A DNA stretch of 63,750 nucleotides, filler included, from Aduncisulcus paluster (Eukaryota), in NCBI GenBank assembly GCA_024181965.1. It is 4 parts of 4 records of this genome, joined end to end, with 100 filler letters (N's around TTAATTAATTAA, not from the genome) between each part and the next. Parts side by side here need not be neighbours in the genome. Positions count along the whole stretch, not along the records: positions 25,599 to 51,923 come from BQXS01010997.1; 3 more parts are not named here. One strand, given 5' to 3'. This document shows positions 36,136-47,542 of the stretch, piece after piece. The number at the start of each line of letters is the position of its first letter. Positions within the stretch are counted from its first letter, which is position 1. Position numbers and translations under genes: made by a program. Below the pieces are notes generated by a model, which saw nothing but the letters and a program-made list of their open reading frames with translations, searched no databases and had not been told where the DNA came from.

Positions 36136-37680
36136 CTAGACAGAGGAGACCATAGGCTTGCTATCCTTATCACTTTCACTATCCTCCATTGAGATAACAA
36201 TGGTTGCATCTTCCTCCTTGGCAAGTTTGAAGTATTTACGTAGTTTAATGGGCACAAATACAAGACACACGGACAGATTAAGCCCATAGAAAGTGCACAT
36301 AACGTACTTAAACCCTTCAACACTATCAAATAGCTTAGGAAGAATATACACTGGAGCAATGGTCAAAACCCACGACATAACTGCAATGGTGACCTGGAAA
36401 CCTATGCTGCGTTCAGCCATGTATATCGTGAACACTGTGGTCATCAAGGAAAGACCAAGAACGGGATATATTGTAATTCGAGACATCTCAGAAAGAATAT
36501 CGATCATTTCATCGGAATCTGCAAACAGAGTGGCAATTGGACGTGCCCAAATCAGAATAATTGAACACAAAATCCAAGAAAACACAAGAACCATGATGAA
36601 TGCTTTCCATATCGTCTCCCAACATCTCTTGAATCTCGATGCACCGATATTATACCCCAAGATTGTCGGAACACTGAGTGCAATTCCTTGGGAAGGCAGC
36701 CATACAAGGTTCCCAAGACGATTAGATGATCCGTATGCAGCGATCCACATCATACGTTCCTCACCGGACTCTGTATAGTTGGCAATATTCTTTGAAGCCA
36801 AAATACCACCTAGACTAAAACCTATTCCAAAGATATAGTTAGGAATGGACAAAGACATCATCTTCTTCATGGTTTCCTTGTCGGATGGAGCCTTGAACAC
36901 TTCTTTGGTGAGACGAACAGTAACCTTTGACTTTGGATGGAGATACAAGAAGAATCCAATAATTGTGCCGACAAGATTGGAAATAACAGTTGAAATACCA
37001 GCTCCCAAAGCTCCCATATCGAAAACCTTCATGAAGATAACATCTCCAGCGATGTTAAGAAGAGAAGGCACAACTTGGATAAGCATGGACAAGAGTGGAA
37101 GATTCTCAGCTCTGAGCATGATAGAAAAGGCCACTCCAAAGTAAGAGAAGCCGGAACCAATGACAACAGCAGTTGCATACCGACGAGTTTCATCATACAC
37201 AATATCGTCAACTCCAAGGGCCGGAAGGATATAAGGCAATAAAGGAATCACAACAATGGGCACGATAACAGCGAAGATGCATCCGAAGACGAAGATGTAC
37301 ATCACACATTTCTGGGCACGCATCAGCTTATTCTCTCCAAGGGCATGAGAAGAGATGGAACTGGCACCACTGGCCATTGACACTCCGACCTGAAGAGATA
37401 CGAGGTACTCAAAATACAGAAAGGCAGAAACACCACCAAGAATGGTCTCACTTGTGAACTTACTGACGAAAACGGAATCAAAAATCTCATATATTGTTGA
37501 ACAAATAAATGAAACAACAGAAGCAAAAGAAAGTTTGACGATTAGAGGGAAAATTGGCGAATGTCCAAGAGCAAATATGTGAGCAGAATCTTCTTTAGCA
37601 ACAGATTCTACAGCAACATTTTCCCGTGAAATATCAGGTTTCTGTTTTGAAGAAACCATTTCAGTTGTTTTGCTTGTCAT
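36136..37680 (-). CDS. MATE family multidrug/toxin efflux transporter
   Basis: About 12 hydrophobic segments; IFDSVFVS, LNIAGDVIFM..FDMGALGAGIST and LGYNIGA motifs. ATG at 37680. Confidence 0.9.
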   Translation of the reverse strand: MTSKTTEMVSSKQKPDISRENVAVESVAKEDSAHIFALGHSPIFPLIVKLSFASVVSFICSTIYEIFDSVFVSKFTSETILGGVSAFLYFEYLVSLQVGVSMASGASSISSHALGENKLMRAQKCVMYIFVFGCIFAVIVPIVVIPLLPYILPALGVDDIVYDETRRYATAVVIGSGFSYFGVAFSIMLRAENLPLLSMLIQVVPSLLNIAGDVIFMKVFDMGALGAGISTVISNLVGTIIGFFLYLHPKSKVTVRLTKEVFKAPSDKETMKKMMSLSIPNYIFGIGFSLGGILASKNIANYTESGEERMMWIAAYGSSNRLGNLVWLPSQGIALSVPTILGYNIGASRFKRCWETIWKAFIMVLVFSWILCSIILIWARPIATLFADSDEMIDILSEMSRITIYPVLGLSLMTTVFTIYMAERSIGFQVTIAVMSWVLTIAPVYILPKLFDSVEGFKYVMCTFYGLNLSVCLVFVPIKLRKYFKLAKEEDATIVISMEDSESDKDSKPMVSSV

Positions 37681-38116
37681 TGGATTGATGAAATGCTCCC
37701 AAAACCAGAGTAAATACAGGCAACTTGACAAATCAAGAATTATAAATTAATTGATTTAATAAATAGATATTACAAATTGAATATTAAATTCTAAATAATA
37801 ATTTAACAATTTTCTTTAATTATTTCTTCGAATTTTACCCATACCGATTGAATAACGAAAAACTATAGTGGATATCATTGAATATGTGAAAAATATGACA
37901 AGATGAACAGAAATCATCTTCTTTATATTTTTAGAATTGTTATTGATCCATTCCTACCATATTATCAGGGAAATTTGCAAAAACAGGATGGTAATCTAAT
38001 TTTGATAATCTTCCTCTGATTCAGATTGAGCTCTAAATTCAATTCAACGGAAATAAACAGAGTGACAATGTAATAGACAATCAAAATAAACATAATTTTT
38101 ATTAATTCTCTTATAA

Positions 38117-40882
38117 TTAACCCTCAATAAACTTGACAAAATCTTTCCATTTGATTGTCCCATCTTTGCTAACTTTAAATGAAGACCAAAAGTTATCAAA
38201 TTCGGCCTCAGTTAGCTTAACTCCTGTTTCACGCTCCAATACCCACCGAAGTTCACTTCCTTCGATCCTTCCATCTCTGGTAACATCACATCTTTCACAG
38301 AACAAAGAAGAGAGTGTCCCTCCCCGTTGGACTAACCGATCCTTGAGCAATTCTTTCATAAGAGCCCCTTTATCCTTGTGAGCATACTTAGATATGCTAA
38401 GCATGGCGTCATCAATACCCAGAGTCTGTTGTTCCATTTGTCGCAAGGTCTTTGCAACACTGATGGTCCTCGCTTTCCTTTGGCCAACAAAACCATCGAG
38501 TCCAGCATCACGCATAAACACACAAAAGCTCTTGAAGTCCATGCATTCCTCGTCAACACCCTGATATTTGTCGAGATAAGGTTTAAATATTCTCCTGACG
38601 TCAATCTCGGATAACAATGCATTCCACTTTCCAAGAGCACCCAAAATGTTATCAATGGAGACAAGAAGATCCCTATCTTCATCGAAATGGAGGAATGAAC
38701 GTCGCACCGATGATCCGGTGTGACTTCTGATAAGGTCAGCAATGTTCCTCATCAGACACTCGGTGCCATCAGAAGGAGTGACAGAAGCAATATCAGGAGT
38801 GAGTGTGAATGAAGATCTGGGGCCTCTCATGCGCGGGTATGAAGAGGAGAGGGGAGCAGTCTGTGGAGGGATACGGGAAGAAGAAGAGGAAGGTCCATTG
38901 CCAATGTAACCACTGAGTCCATCGTCTCTCACATCTTTCTTCCAGAATAAGACCCTTTCTTCCTTCTCATGAGTGCTGAGGGAAGGCGATGGAGGTGTTG
39001 GCTGACGGTCAGGTGGCGATTGGATGCACTGACGTACATGGTCACCGGATAAAGAGAGGAGATAAGATGCAGTGGCAGGGGTGTGAGGTCTCGAACGGAC
39101 ATCTCTGGCACTCGAAAGGACTTTACCCTGAACGACACGTGGAATAGGGAGATGCTCAGGAGATCCTGGGAAGCAAGTGGCATTCGTAGATCCCTGATCA
39201 TCCAGATCGTATCTAAGGTCTGGTTGTGCCACACGATAAGTTGATTCCCGTCTCTGGACAACAATATCATCCTCCGTGAGTGTATCTCTCTCGTCAGCTT
39301 GGAACATTCTATCGTAATCCCCAGAATCAACTATACTGTACTGTGCTGTACAAACATTATCTTGTACGACTGGTTTGGTCTTAGGTTGGATTGTAGATCC
39401 TTGCTGTTTCTTTTGTTTTTGAGAAGCAATAGACTTCTTCATGGTTGCAGAGGATGACTTGCGAGTGGAAGAAACTGCTCCATCGTGACCTTGAGGAGCC
39501 GATAATGTTCTCTCTCTCTTTTGAGTTCTTGTCGATTTACCATTGGGTTTCCTCGATTTCATAGTGAGAGAAGTACGACCGTTTGAACTCGATGTGCTCA
39601 AGGTCTTTGACTTCTTCTTGATGCAAGAAGCTTTGTTACATATCTTTTTGGCAACTTCAGAAGTAATGGGAGTTCCAAGACGCACTTTATCGCGTTGAGA
39701 AGTAGGCTTATGTGCACTTATCAAGACAGATTGTTCATGGGCAGATATGGGTGTTTTCATGGGTGTTTTCTTTTGTCGACGTTTGATTTTGGCCGTCTCC
39801 TTTTGTAGAAATTCTTTTTTCCTAGCTTCCTGATCACGTTCAAGGGCTTCTTTCTTACGGCTATCGGCTGTAGATAATCGAAGTGTTGGAGACAAGGGGA
39901 AAGGAGATTCTTCTTCGGGAGGTTTGGATATCAACGGTTGGCTGACATATCTATCTTGCGAGGTCTTACAACGTTCCTTATCGGGGTTTTCAGTTGTTAT
40001 TATCTTCAATATTTTATGTTTTTGGCGCACACTCAGCACAAATTCAGAGAAGGCCGCATTTGTCTTCGAATGAAGAGCTGGAGGATTATTAATATACAAA
40101 TTAAGAATTTTTTCATCGCACACAGTTTGATCGGAGATATCTTGAAGGATAGCACGGACAATTGACAATGGGAAAGGATATGAACGTTTTGGAAGAATTG
40201 CAACTTGACCCACTCCAGTAAATTGAGCATGAGGGGTAGATGGCCGGCTCGGCGATGGAGGAACAAATGATCTTGCAACGCTTGTGGCAATTGGCAATGT
40301 TTTTGAGAAAATATCAATCGCTTTTTGGGGGTATTTTGATTTGGTTTTATGGTTGGCATGAACAGCTTTTCTAACTTTAAGAGCAACATATTCAATTCCT
40401 TTTAACAAATCTTCTGAAGAAATGACTCCTAACCTACTTTCATCAAAAATTCCAAACAAATTAGACACTGACATATCTTTGGCTTTCAAAAATGAAGAAA
40501 TTAGGAGACGAGTAAATGTAAAAGGATCAGTAATTGAACTTGCACGAAGATCTAATTCTTTTTCACGCAGCGTATTATATTGCTCTGCAGAGATACCGTG
40601 AAAAAATGCTGAAAATGCTTGAAATGTCATTTGCAACCTACCAGTTGGAGGAATAGCTTCATATCCAGCAATAAAATATTCAATTGCCAATAAATCTGGA
40701 TTAATGCAACATTTCTCAGCAAAATCTTTTATATCCCATACACTAAGCAATCCTTCTCTTCTCTGATCCAAAACAAGAAACGCTTGCTTAGCTGATGGAA
40801 ATTTTGAATTTAAAACTTCCAAAAATCTATTTCTTTCTAATGCAATTTGACTAATTGCCATTGATAGGGCATCAAAAACCAT
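38117..40882 (-). CDS. Multi-EF-hand protein with N- and C-terminal EF-hand clusters and a basic disordered middle
   Basis: EF-like loops DQRREGLLSVWD, DESRLGVISSED, DEDRDLLVSIDN, DVTRDGRIEGSE and VSKDGTIKWKD. Start is ATG 40882 or 40861. Confidence 0.75.
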   Translation of the reverse strand: MVFDALSMAISQIALERNRFLEVLNSKFPSAKQAFLVLDQRREGLLSVWDIKDFAEKCCINPDLLAIEYFIAGYEAIPPTGRLQMTFQAFSAFFHGISAEQYNTLREKELDLRASSITDPFTFTRLLISSFLKAKDMSVSNLFGIFDESRLGVISSEDLLKGIEYVALKVRKAVHANHKTKSKYPQKAIDIFSKTLPIATSVARSFVPPSPSRPSTPHAQFTGVGQVAILPKRSYPFPLSIVRAILQDISDQTVCDEKILNLYINNPPALHSKTNAAFSEFVLSVRQKHKILKIITTENPDKERCKTSQDRYVSQPLISKPPEEESPFPLSPTLRLSTADSRKKEALERDQEARKKEFLQKETAKIKRRQKKTPMKTPISAHEQSVLISAHKPTSQRDKVRLGTPITSEVAKKICNKASCIKKKSKTLSTSSSNGRTSLTMKSRKPNGKSTRTQKRERTLSAPQGHDGAVSSTRKSSSATMKKSIASQKQKKQQGSTIQPKTKPVVQDNVCTAQYSIVDSGDYDRMFQADERDTLTEDDIVVQRRESTYRVAQPDLRYDLDDQGSTNATCFPGSPEHLPIPRVVQGKVLSSARDVRSRPHTPATASYLLSLSGDHVRQCIQSPPDRQPTPPSPSLSTHEKEERVLFWKKDVRDDGLSGYIGNGPSSSSSRIPPQTAPLSSSYPRMRGPRSSFTLTPDIASVTPSDGTECLMRNIADLIRSHTGSSVRRSFLHFDEDRDLLVSIDNILGALGKWNALLSEIDVRRIFKPYLDKYQGVDEECMDFKSFCVFMRDAGLDGFVGQRKARTISVAKTLRQMEQQTLGIDDAMLSISKYAHKDKGALMKELLKDRLVQRGGTLSSLFCERCDVTRDGRIEGSELRWVLERETGVKLTEAEFDNFWSSFKVSKDGTIKWKDFVKFIEG

Positions 40883-41041
40883 CAAAAAAATCTTAGCGCC
40901 AAAACGTTTTAAAATGTTCAATAAAATGATTTACAACTTATATATGATTCGAAAAAATTCAATTGCAAATATATGTGAGAAGTGATACAATTGCATAAAC
41001 TCTGAAATTCAATATCATCAAAATAAGCAAAAATACAGTCT

Positions 41042-41915
41042 TTATTCATCAGAACCCATTCCACCAACAGTTTGTTCCAAGAGTTTAAGCATAGTTTCCT
41101 CAGTGTCCTCTCTGTCATCCCTTTCCTTCTTGACTTCAGTTTGCATTCTATCAGCGACATCTTCAAGCATTTTCAACAGGGTGCTTTCGCTCTCTTCTCT
41201 GATCTTTCTTTCGGATTCAATAATTTCTTGAAGTTTTGTCACCTCATCTTGAAGCTTATTAACCAATTCTTTGTATTTTTCCTCACGGAGACGACGTTCC
41301 TGATCAAGAGAGTCAGCAAGACGTGAAACCTCTTCCTTAACATCCTTAGATTGGTGTTCCTCTTCTTCTTCTCTTGCCTTCTTCTCTTTGACAAGTTCAA
41401 GCCTCACAGCGAACACACGCTCCTCAATACTCTTGGAAAGCTTGGTTTCACCATCCTTCCTCTGCTGACGCTCAACATTGAGATCAAGAGTGACAGATGA
41501 CTCGACGAGACCAAGTTCCTTTGTTTTACGCTCATCCAAAATTTCACGAGACACCCTTTCAGTAGCCAAGGCTTCCTGAAGTTTGCTGATTTGATCTTTC
41601 AATAATTTAGTCTTGGCAGCTTCAGCAAGTTGGGATCTAGCCAATGTCTCATCAAGCAATTTCAATTTGGTTTCAATTGCATCTCTACGAGCAACTTTCT
41701 CTTCTTCCAAACCAGCTTGGAGAGAAGACAATTTTGAAGACAAAGCTTGAAGTCTCATTCTGCTTGGAGAGGCTAAATTTTAACAAAATGTCGTATTAAA
41801 ATGGAAAGATATTAATAAGCAACAAGGATAAACAAAGAGGGAGGAATTGGCACAAAAAAAAGAAGATAATGAACATACATTGGACACTATGTAATGAGCT
41901 GCTCTCGTGCATCAT
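41042..41915 (-). CDS. SF-assemblin/beta-giardin-like coiled-coil cytoskeletal protein (255 aa, 2 exons)
   Basis: Exon 1 41915-41879 (MMHESSSLHSVQ), intron 41878-41773, exon 2 41772-41042. Short Ser/Pro head followed by a segmented coiled coil with recurring E(R/K)xxRE motifs. Confidence 0.65.
41773..41878 (-). other. Spliceosomal intron, 106 nt, GTATGT...ATTTAG
   Basis: Phase-1 splice keeps the frame from ATG 41915. Confidence 0.8.
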
Positions 41916-42161
41916 TAAAGAAATTTTTGGACAATTGTTTTGATCAAAATGGCACAATTTAAATCGGCGAAATTTGTAGATATCAGATCGTTAATTCACA
42001 ATTCCAACAAAATAAATAAATAGACATTAGTTTAAATAAACCAAGACATAATTTCAATCATGAAATAAAGCCTTTTCTTCAGAGGATCATAGACGACTGG
42101 AAAAAGTATGAAAAAGTAATAAAATGACTAAATATGTTGTTTATTGTTACTCGTAAGAGCG

Positions 42162-42859
42162 TTACACGCCGATAGTTTTGGCCTCAACCTTCTTTCCAGC
42201 AGCAGCAACAGGAGCAGCTTGCTCAACGGCAATAAGCTCAATGTGGCATGGGTGAGAACGGAAACCACTGATACGACCATGAGCACGGTAGGTACGACGA
42301 CGACCGCAACGAGCCTGGTTGACTTGGACATGCTTGATCACAAGACGGCTAAGATCCATTCCTTTATCCTAAAATACGATACGATGGAATAATCAAACAT
42401 AATATTATAATAAAAATCAATAAATTTATGGATTTGAAAGATAAATGATAGAAATAAATGTTGAATAACGGAGATATAATTGATAAAATTTGAATTTGTA
42501 AGACTAACAGACGAAAAAACTAATATACTACACTATTGATTCAAGATACATACCTTAGCAGCTCCGGCAAGGCTCTCAAGAAGAGATCCGAGCACACGAG
42601 CGGACTTCTCAGGCCAACGACCTTGTTGGGTTCCAGCAATAGAGTTGGAAGCACCGTGACGGCCAGTACCCTTACGGTAACGGAGGAAAGGAACAATCTC
42701 TTCCTTAGAGATAACATGTTCAAGGTATCTTTGAGCCCTGGAGAACTTCATTCCCTTGATGGCGTGACCAGTTTCGCGAGTGTTCTTGAAAGAAACCTTA
42801 CAACCACGCTTCTGGGCCTTCACATGCTTCATATCAGTAACGTTAACAGAATATTTCAT
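42162..42859 (-). CDS. RPL17: 60S ribosomal protein L17 (uL22), 170 aa, 2 exons
   Basis: Exon 1 42859-42554 ([17 protein letters not shown]), intron 42553-42369, exon 2 42368-42162 ([17 protein letters not shown]). Confidence 0.96.
42369..42553 (-). other. Spliceosomal intron, 185 nt, GTATGT...TTTTAG
   Basis: Phase-0 join gives GAAK|DKGMD, the expected uL22 continuity. Confidence 0.92.
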
Positions 42860-43286
42860 TATAACAACTACCTCACTCGCTGGCGAAAAGAAAATAGACA
42901 AGGGTCTGTTTTACTTCTCAAGAATATCTAAAAATAGTCCATCCATATTGAATAAACAACTTGAATGGGCATAATAAATAAAAGATAGTTAAATATTTTG
43001 GCATTACAATCGTCCTTTGAAACATCTTATTGGTGGGTAAGCTCAGGATTCTTCTATACAGAATTTCATCAATCAAAAATTTCGTATTATAAGATTATTT
43101 TCTATTTTTTCTAATATTTTCAATTATTACTTACTGTATAGTGTTATTTTGAGTTTAAATATTTTCACATTCCATTATTGCTGGTAATAAACCTAATTCA
43201 ATCTTCAATGATTTATTTGGAATAATGACTGTTGAAAATGAGTAATAATTATATTTATTATAGTATTTGACAGCAGAAATAAATGA

Positions 43287-43970
43287 TCATATCAGATCAG
43301 ACCTCTCCAAATCACTCAGAAATTGCATGTATTTTGATGAACGAGAAGGAATAAAAGATACCTCCCAATCTGACAAATGTTTTTCTATTTTTTCTTTAAC
43401 GAGTTCAAAAGGATCATCCTTCATTCTTTTATCATGGAGACTATGAACTTTTGGAGCTGGGGAGAAAAACGCAGGAGGGTGTTCCAACTCACACTCTATT
43501 TCATATCTTTGACTGTGTGGGAATTGTACATGATCTAATTCTAATATTAATTCTCTCCAAGGAAAAGTAATTCTTGTATTTTTGGCAAATCCGAGTATTG
43601 TAGGTATTTTATCCTTGTATATATCTTGTAAAAGTGAAGATTTTTCAATATATTCTGTAACAGGGGCACCATCCTCAATATCTATCCACTGTTCCTGTTC
43701 TTCTGATGACATTCGGCCATCCATGATGATTCCTTTCTTTTTGAGAGTAATCAGAGCTTTTCCGGGATGTGAATCATAAAATCTGGCACGAACCATAATT
43801 TTAGCTCCTGGAGGTGAGAAATAAACATTTTTTTGCTCGGCTTTAGAGAAAGATGGAGAGAGAGCTCCATCATCCTTATAAACACCAAACGCCTTAAGGC
43901 ATTTTTCATAATCTTTTTTTGAAAACAATTCCAATTTGATCTCGTATTCGTTCTTTTTTGATGCCTCCAT
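43287..43970 (-). CDS. CYTH domain protein (triphosphate tunnel metalloenzyme)
   Basis: ExExK motif (EYEIKL), VRAR, ITLK, LELD, YEIECE and a terminal SKY. ATG at 43970. Confidence 0.85.
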   Translation of the reverse strand: MEASKKNEYEIKLELFSKKDYEKCLKAFGVYKDDGALSPSFSKAEQKNVYFSPPGAKIMVRARFYDSHPGKALITLKKKGIIMDGRMSSEEQEQWIDIEDGAPVTEYIEKSSLLQDIYKDKIPTILGFAKNTRITFPWRELILELDHVQFPHSQRYEIECELEHPPAFFSPAPKVHSLHDKRMKDDPFELVKEKIEKHLSDWEVSFIPSRSSKYMQFLSDLERSDLI

Positions 43971-44398
43971 ATTTGAACAAAAACTCAAATTTGAGATTTT
44001 TTTTGGTTGACATTGTCGTGTCAAAACATCGGTGATAGAACGTTTCAATTGTTGATTTTATCTTTATTAATAAAGAAATAGTGTCATGATGGAATAACCT
44101 CTTAGNNNNNNNNNNNNNNNNNNNNTTGCTCGGCTTTAGAGAAAGATGGAGAGAGAGCTCCATCATCCTTATAAACACCAAACGCCTTAAGGCATTTTTC
44201 ATAATCTTTTTTTGAAAACAATTCCAATTTGATCTCGTATTCGTTCTTTTTTGATGCCTCCATATTTGAACAAAAACTCAAATTTGAGATTTTTTTTGGT
44301 TGACATTGTCGTGTCAAAACATCGGTGATAGAACGTTTCAATTGTTGATTTTATCTTTATTAATAAAGAAATAGTGTCATGATGGAATAACCTCTTAG
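43833..44398. other. Assembly artefact: 273 bp (43833-44105) repeated at 44126-44398 around a 20-N gap
   Basis: Same sequence on both sides of N20; explains track ORF 44102..44341. Confidence 0.9.
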
Positions 44399-44644
44399 TA
44401 TTATTAATCCATCAGCCAATCAAAAATGACAAAAGAATGAATTCTTGATTCAATACCTGAACCACACACATTAGAACAACCCAATGGTTCAAAACAATAT
44501 GTCACTTCTGATAAAGACACAAATAGTTGTAATATTTTTGAAAGAGAAAAATAATTGAGAAAACAAGTCACTTGTTAGTCATGTCATAACTTTGTTTGAA
44601 ACATCAAAAGGAAAGAGAATGTATAATTATATTATCACATCTCT

Positions 44645-46222
44645 CTACTTTTTGCCTTTCGATCTGCGTTTCCTCCCCTTTTTAATTGGTGCAGAGCTGG
44701 TGCTGGCTGTGGGAGTTTCACTTGATCTTCTTTTCCCACCCAAGTCAAAAGGATTCTCTTTCTTCTCACCTTCACTGATTGCAGCACTGGAAGCATATGA
44801 TCTACCCTTTTTCTTGTCCTTCTTGGTCTTCTGGAGCGTTATTCCTGGAAGAGAGACCCGAGGAACAATCGAGAGACCGAAACCACGAGCGACACCTTCG
44901 AGGTCAAGGTCAGCAACAGCGAACACAGACTTATGAGTGTGTGAGGCATATGACAACAGGTAACTCTTGAAGGCTTCTCGGGCACTCTTGTTGAGGCTCT
45001 GGTGTTCACACAAGAGGGACTCTAATCTCTTTTGGACTGCTGATAGAGCATTTCGAGGCATATCATATTCGACTGTGGGTATTTTCCTCTTTTTCATGAG
45101 CTTTAGGAAACCATCCTCAGAAGGTAAAAGGAAAAGCAGAGCCCTTCCTTTCTTTCCATCAATCCCTCGACATGTTCTCCCCACACGATGGATATAATCG
45201 GACACATCGGATGGTGGATCAAACTGAACAATCCAATCGACAGCGGGAATATCGAGACCACGAGCAGCAACGTCCGTGGCAAGAAGAATATCTCCTTCAC
45301 TCTTGCGGAATCGTTTGAACACTGCATTTCGAGCAGGCTGACTCATCTTTCCGTGTAACGCAAGCACCTCTAGAGAAATATAATTCAGAAGATCATGGAA
45401 AAACTTAACAGCATTTACACTAGACATAAATACGATTGTTTTCTTGTTCTTCTTCTTCAATAATTTAAGGAACGAAAAGAGCATCAAGAATCGCTCTCCA
45501 GATGGGCATTCAACATATCCCTGCTCCAAACCCTCGGCAGTGGCATAGTCAGCCTCATCGTCAATTCCAATGTATAAAGGATCTTTCTTTCTGCCCTCAG
45601 AATGGAAACACAGATCAGCAAGCGCATTCACTTTAGGAGTGATCGTGGCACTTGTTAATATCGTTTGACGGTAGGCTGATGGTAGCTTTTTGAGAATCAG
45701 AGCCATTGTTTTTTCAAATCCAGCATCGAGACACCTATCAGCCTCATCTATCACTAACATTGATAAATATTTGTAAACAAACCCTTCACTGGTTTGAAGA
45801 TGATCCAATAAACGGCCAGGAGTGGCAATAAGAAGATTGAGACCGGCAGATAATCTTTCTTCTTCTTTGTTTCTACCCACACCACCAATAACCACGCCAA
45901 CGGTCTGAGAAATTTCCTCAAACAAAAGTTTGGCAACATCATAAATTTGTTGAGCTAATTCACGAACAGGAGCGATGATTAGAACAGCTGTTCCATTACG
46001 AGGCTTCATTTTAGATGAAATAAGCAATTCAATTGCTGGAATAAGGAAAGTTAAAGTTTTTCCACTCCCAGTTTTGGCAGATATGACAGCATCTTTCCCT
46101 TTTAACAGCTCTGGAATAGCTTTCTGCTGTACAGGTAATAAATGAGTGAATTTGTTTTTCTGAAGAATATCTATCACCTTTTTATGAATAGATAACTCTT
46201 TTATGGGTTGCAAATCAGTCAT
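44645..46222 (-). CDS. DDX18: DEAD-box RNA helicase HAS1/DDX18
   Basis: AKTGSGKT, KPRNGTAV, TPGRLLDHL, DEAD, SAT, GLEQGYV, YIHRVGRTCRG and SYASH. Confidence 0.93.
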   Translation of the reverse strand: MTDLQPIKELSIHKKVIDILQKNKFTHLLPVQQKAIPELLKGKDAVISAKTGSGKTLTFLIPAIELLISSKMKPRNGTAVLIIAPVRELAQQIYDVAKLLFEEISQTVGVVIGGVGRNKEEERLSAGLNLLIATPGRLLDHLQTSEGFVYKYLSMLVIDEADRCLDAGFEKTMALILKKLPSAYRQTILTSATITPKVNALADLCFHSEGRKKDPLYIGIDDEADYATAEGLEQGYVECPSGERFLMLFSFLKLLKKKNKKTIVFMSSVNAVKFFHDLLNYISLEVLALHGKMSQPARNAVFKRFRKSEGDILLATDVAARGLDIPAVDWIVQFDPPSDVSDYIHRVGRTCRGIDGKKGRALLFLLPSEDGFLKLMKKRKIPTVEYDMPRNALSAVQKRLESLLCEHQSLNKSAREAFKSYLLSYASHTHKSVFAVADLDLEGVARGFGLSIVPRVSLPGITLQKTKKDKKKGRSYASSAAISEGEKKENPFDLGGKRRSSETPTASTSSAPIKKGRKRRSKGKK

Positions 46223-46537
46223 ATTTGGAGCCAATGGTTGATTGAAACTCCATATATTCCTTCTTAAATAATACAGAATTGTTCGAATAAAGAATGTGCA
46301 GTAAAATCATGTTTAATCAAAATTCTTAAAAGAAAACTTGAGAATAAGCATTAAAAACCCTAATGCAGAAAAATCGTGATTATCTTTCGAATTTATTGCT
46401 TCTTAATACTATTATATTAATATTATTTAATAAATAGGAAATTTAGGAGTATCAACTCTATTAATATTGAGTAGATATTCTAGGCATTTTCTTTAACCTT
46501 TTTCCTTCCTGATCTTAGTCATCAGAGAGTTTTGTAA

Positions 46538-47542
46538 ATGGAATCATCATATAACATATTTTATAAGAGATATAATTCAGATATCAGAAAACAGAAAAGG
46601 GTAAAGGTTGTCAGATGTAATCCTATCACAGACTCTATAGAAACCAGGGGTTCTAAACTTCCGGATCCATATTTTTGTCTTCATTTTGCCAAAGGTATGT
46701 GTAAAAAGGGTAAAAATTGTTCATTTTTGCATCGAAAACCAACTGGGAAAGATCAAGAAAGAATCTCTGAAGTACGTGATGTTTTTGGAAGAAAACGACA
46801 TGCAACCCATAAAGATGATATGGCAGGTGTTGGGTCATGGGAATCTAATACTCATACTCTCTATATTGGTAATATTATGCGGAGAGAGGGGGTATCAAAA
46901 GATATTTATCGGATATTCAGTACTTTTGGTGATATTGTTAATTTTAGGTATATTGAGAAACAAAGCATTTGTTTTGTTGAATATAAATATCGAATTCAAG
47001 CAGAATTTGCGAAGGAGGCAATGAGTAATGGTCATCTTGATGATGGAAGTGTTCTCAACATTCGTTGGGCTTACCCTAACAGGGCTGTAATCCCCGCCAG
47101 CGCTTCTGCTGAACGTAATAATGTGATCCGTGTTGTTCTTGAACACCATGGCATGCCGTCAGATGTCACAGATATGAGGGCTTGGTATATTAGGCATCAA
47201 GAGGAATTAGAGGCGATTCTACCTGCGTTTATTGGTTGTGGGTTGTCTGACGATACAGTGGAATCCATTGACGGAAAGAGACGCACGCATTCATCGCCTT
47301 TTTCATCATTCGGCAAAGATGGTCTCCCGGAAGAAGCTGAAGAGAAGAGGCCAACAGAAACTCAAGTGGGGCAGAAAAAACATTGTTCAGAAAGTCACGA
47401 TAAGGATCAGTGTCATACTGCAACAGATGAGAAAGTGCCGGCCCTTATTCAAGGCATGAGCAGATCAGAATTCATATCAGATTCCTTACAATTCTCATAT
47501 CTCCCTATTGTGTGTGGATATGAGAGTGAAAGTGATGAATAA
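46538..47542 (+). CDS. CWC2: Pre-mRNA splicing factor Cwc2/RBM22 (Torus, CCCH finger, RRM)
   Basis: YNIFY, RCNPITDS, FCLHFAKGMC..C.FLH, DVFGR..DDMAGVGS, TLYIG and AEFAKEAM. Confidence 0.9.
   Translation: MESSYNIFYKRYNSDIRKQKRVKVVRCNPITDSIETRGSKLPDPYFCLHFAKGMCKKGKNCSFLHRKPTGKDQERISEVRDVFGRKRHATHKDDMAGVGSWESNTHTLYIGNIMRREGVSKDIYRIFSTFGDIVNFRYIEKQSICFVEYKYRIQAEFAKEAMSNGHLDDGSVLNIRWAYPNRAVIPASASAERNNVIRVVLEHHGMPSDVTDMRAWYIRHQEELEAILPAFIGCGLSDDTVESIDGKRRTHSSPFSSFGKDGLPEEAEEKRPTETQVGQKKHCSESHDKDQCHTATDEKVPALIQGMSRSEFISDSLQFSYLPIVCGYESESDE

Noticed and set aside
42369..42553. snoRNA in the longer RPL17 intron
   Set aside because: No box C (TGATGA) or box D (CTGA) on the sense strand and no convincing H/ACA hairpins.
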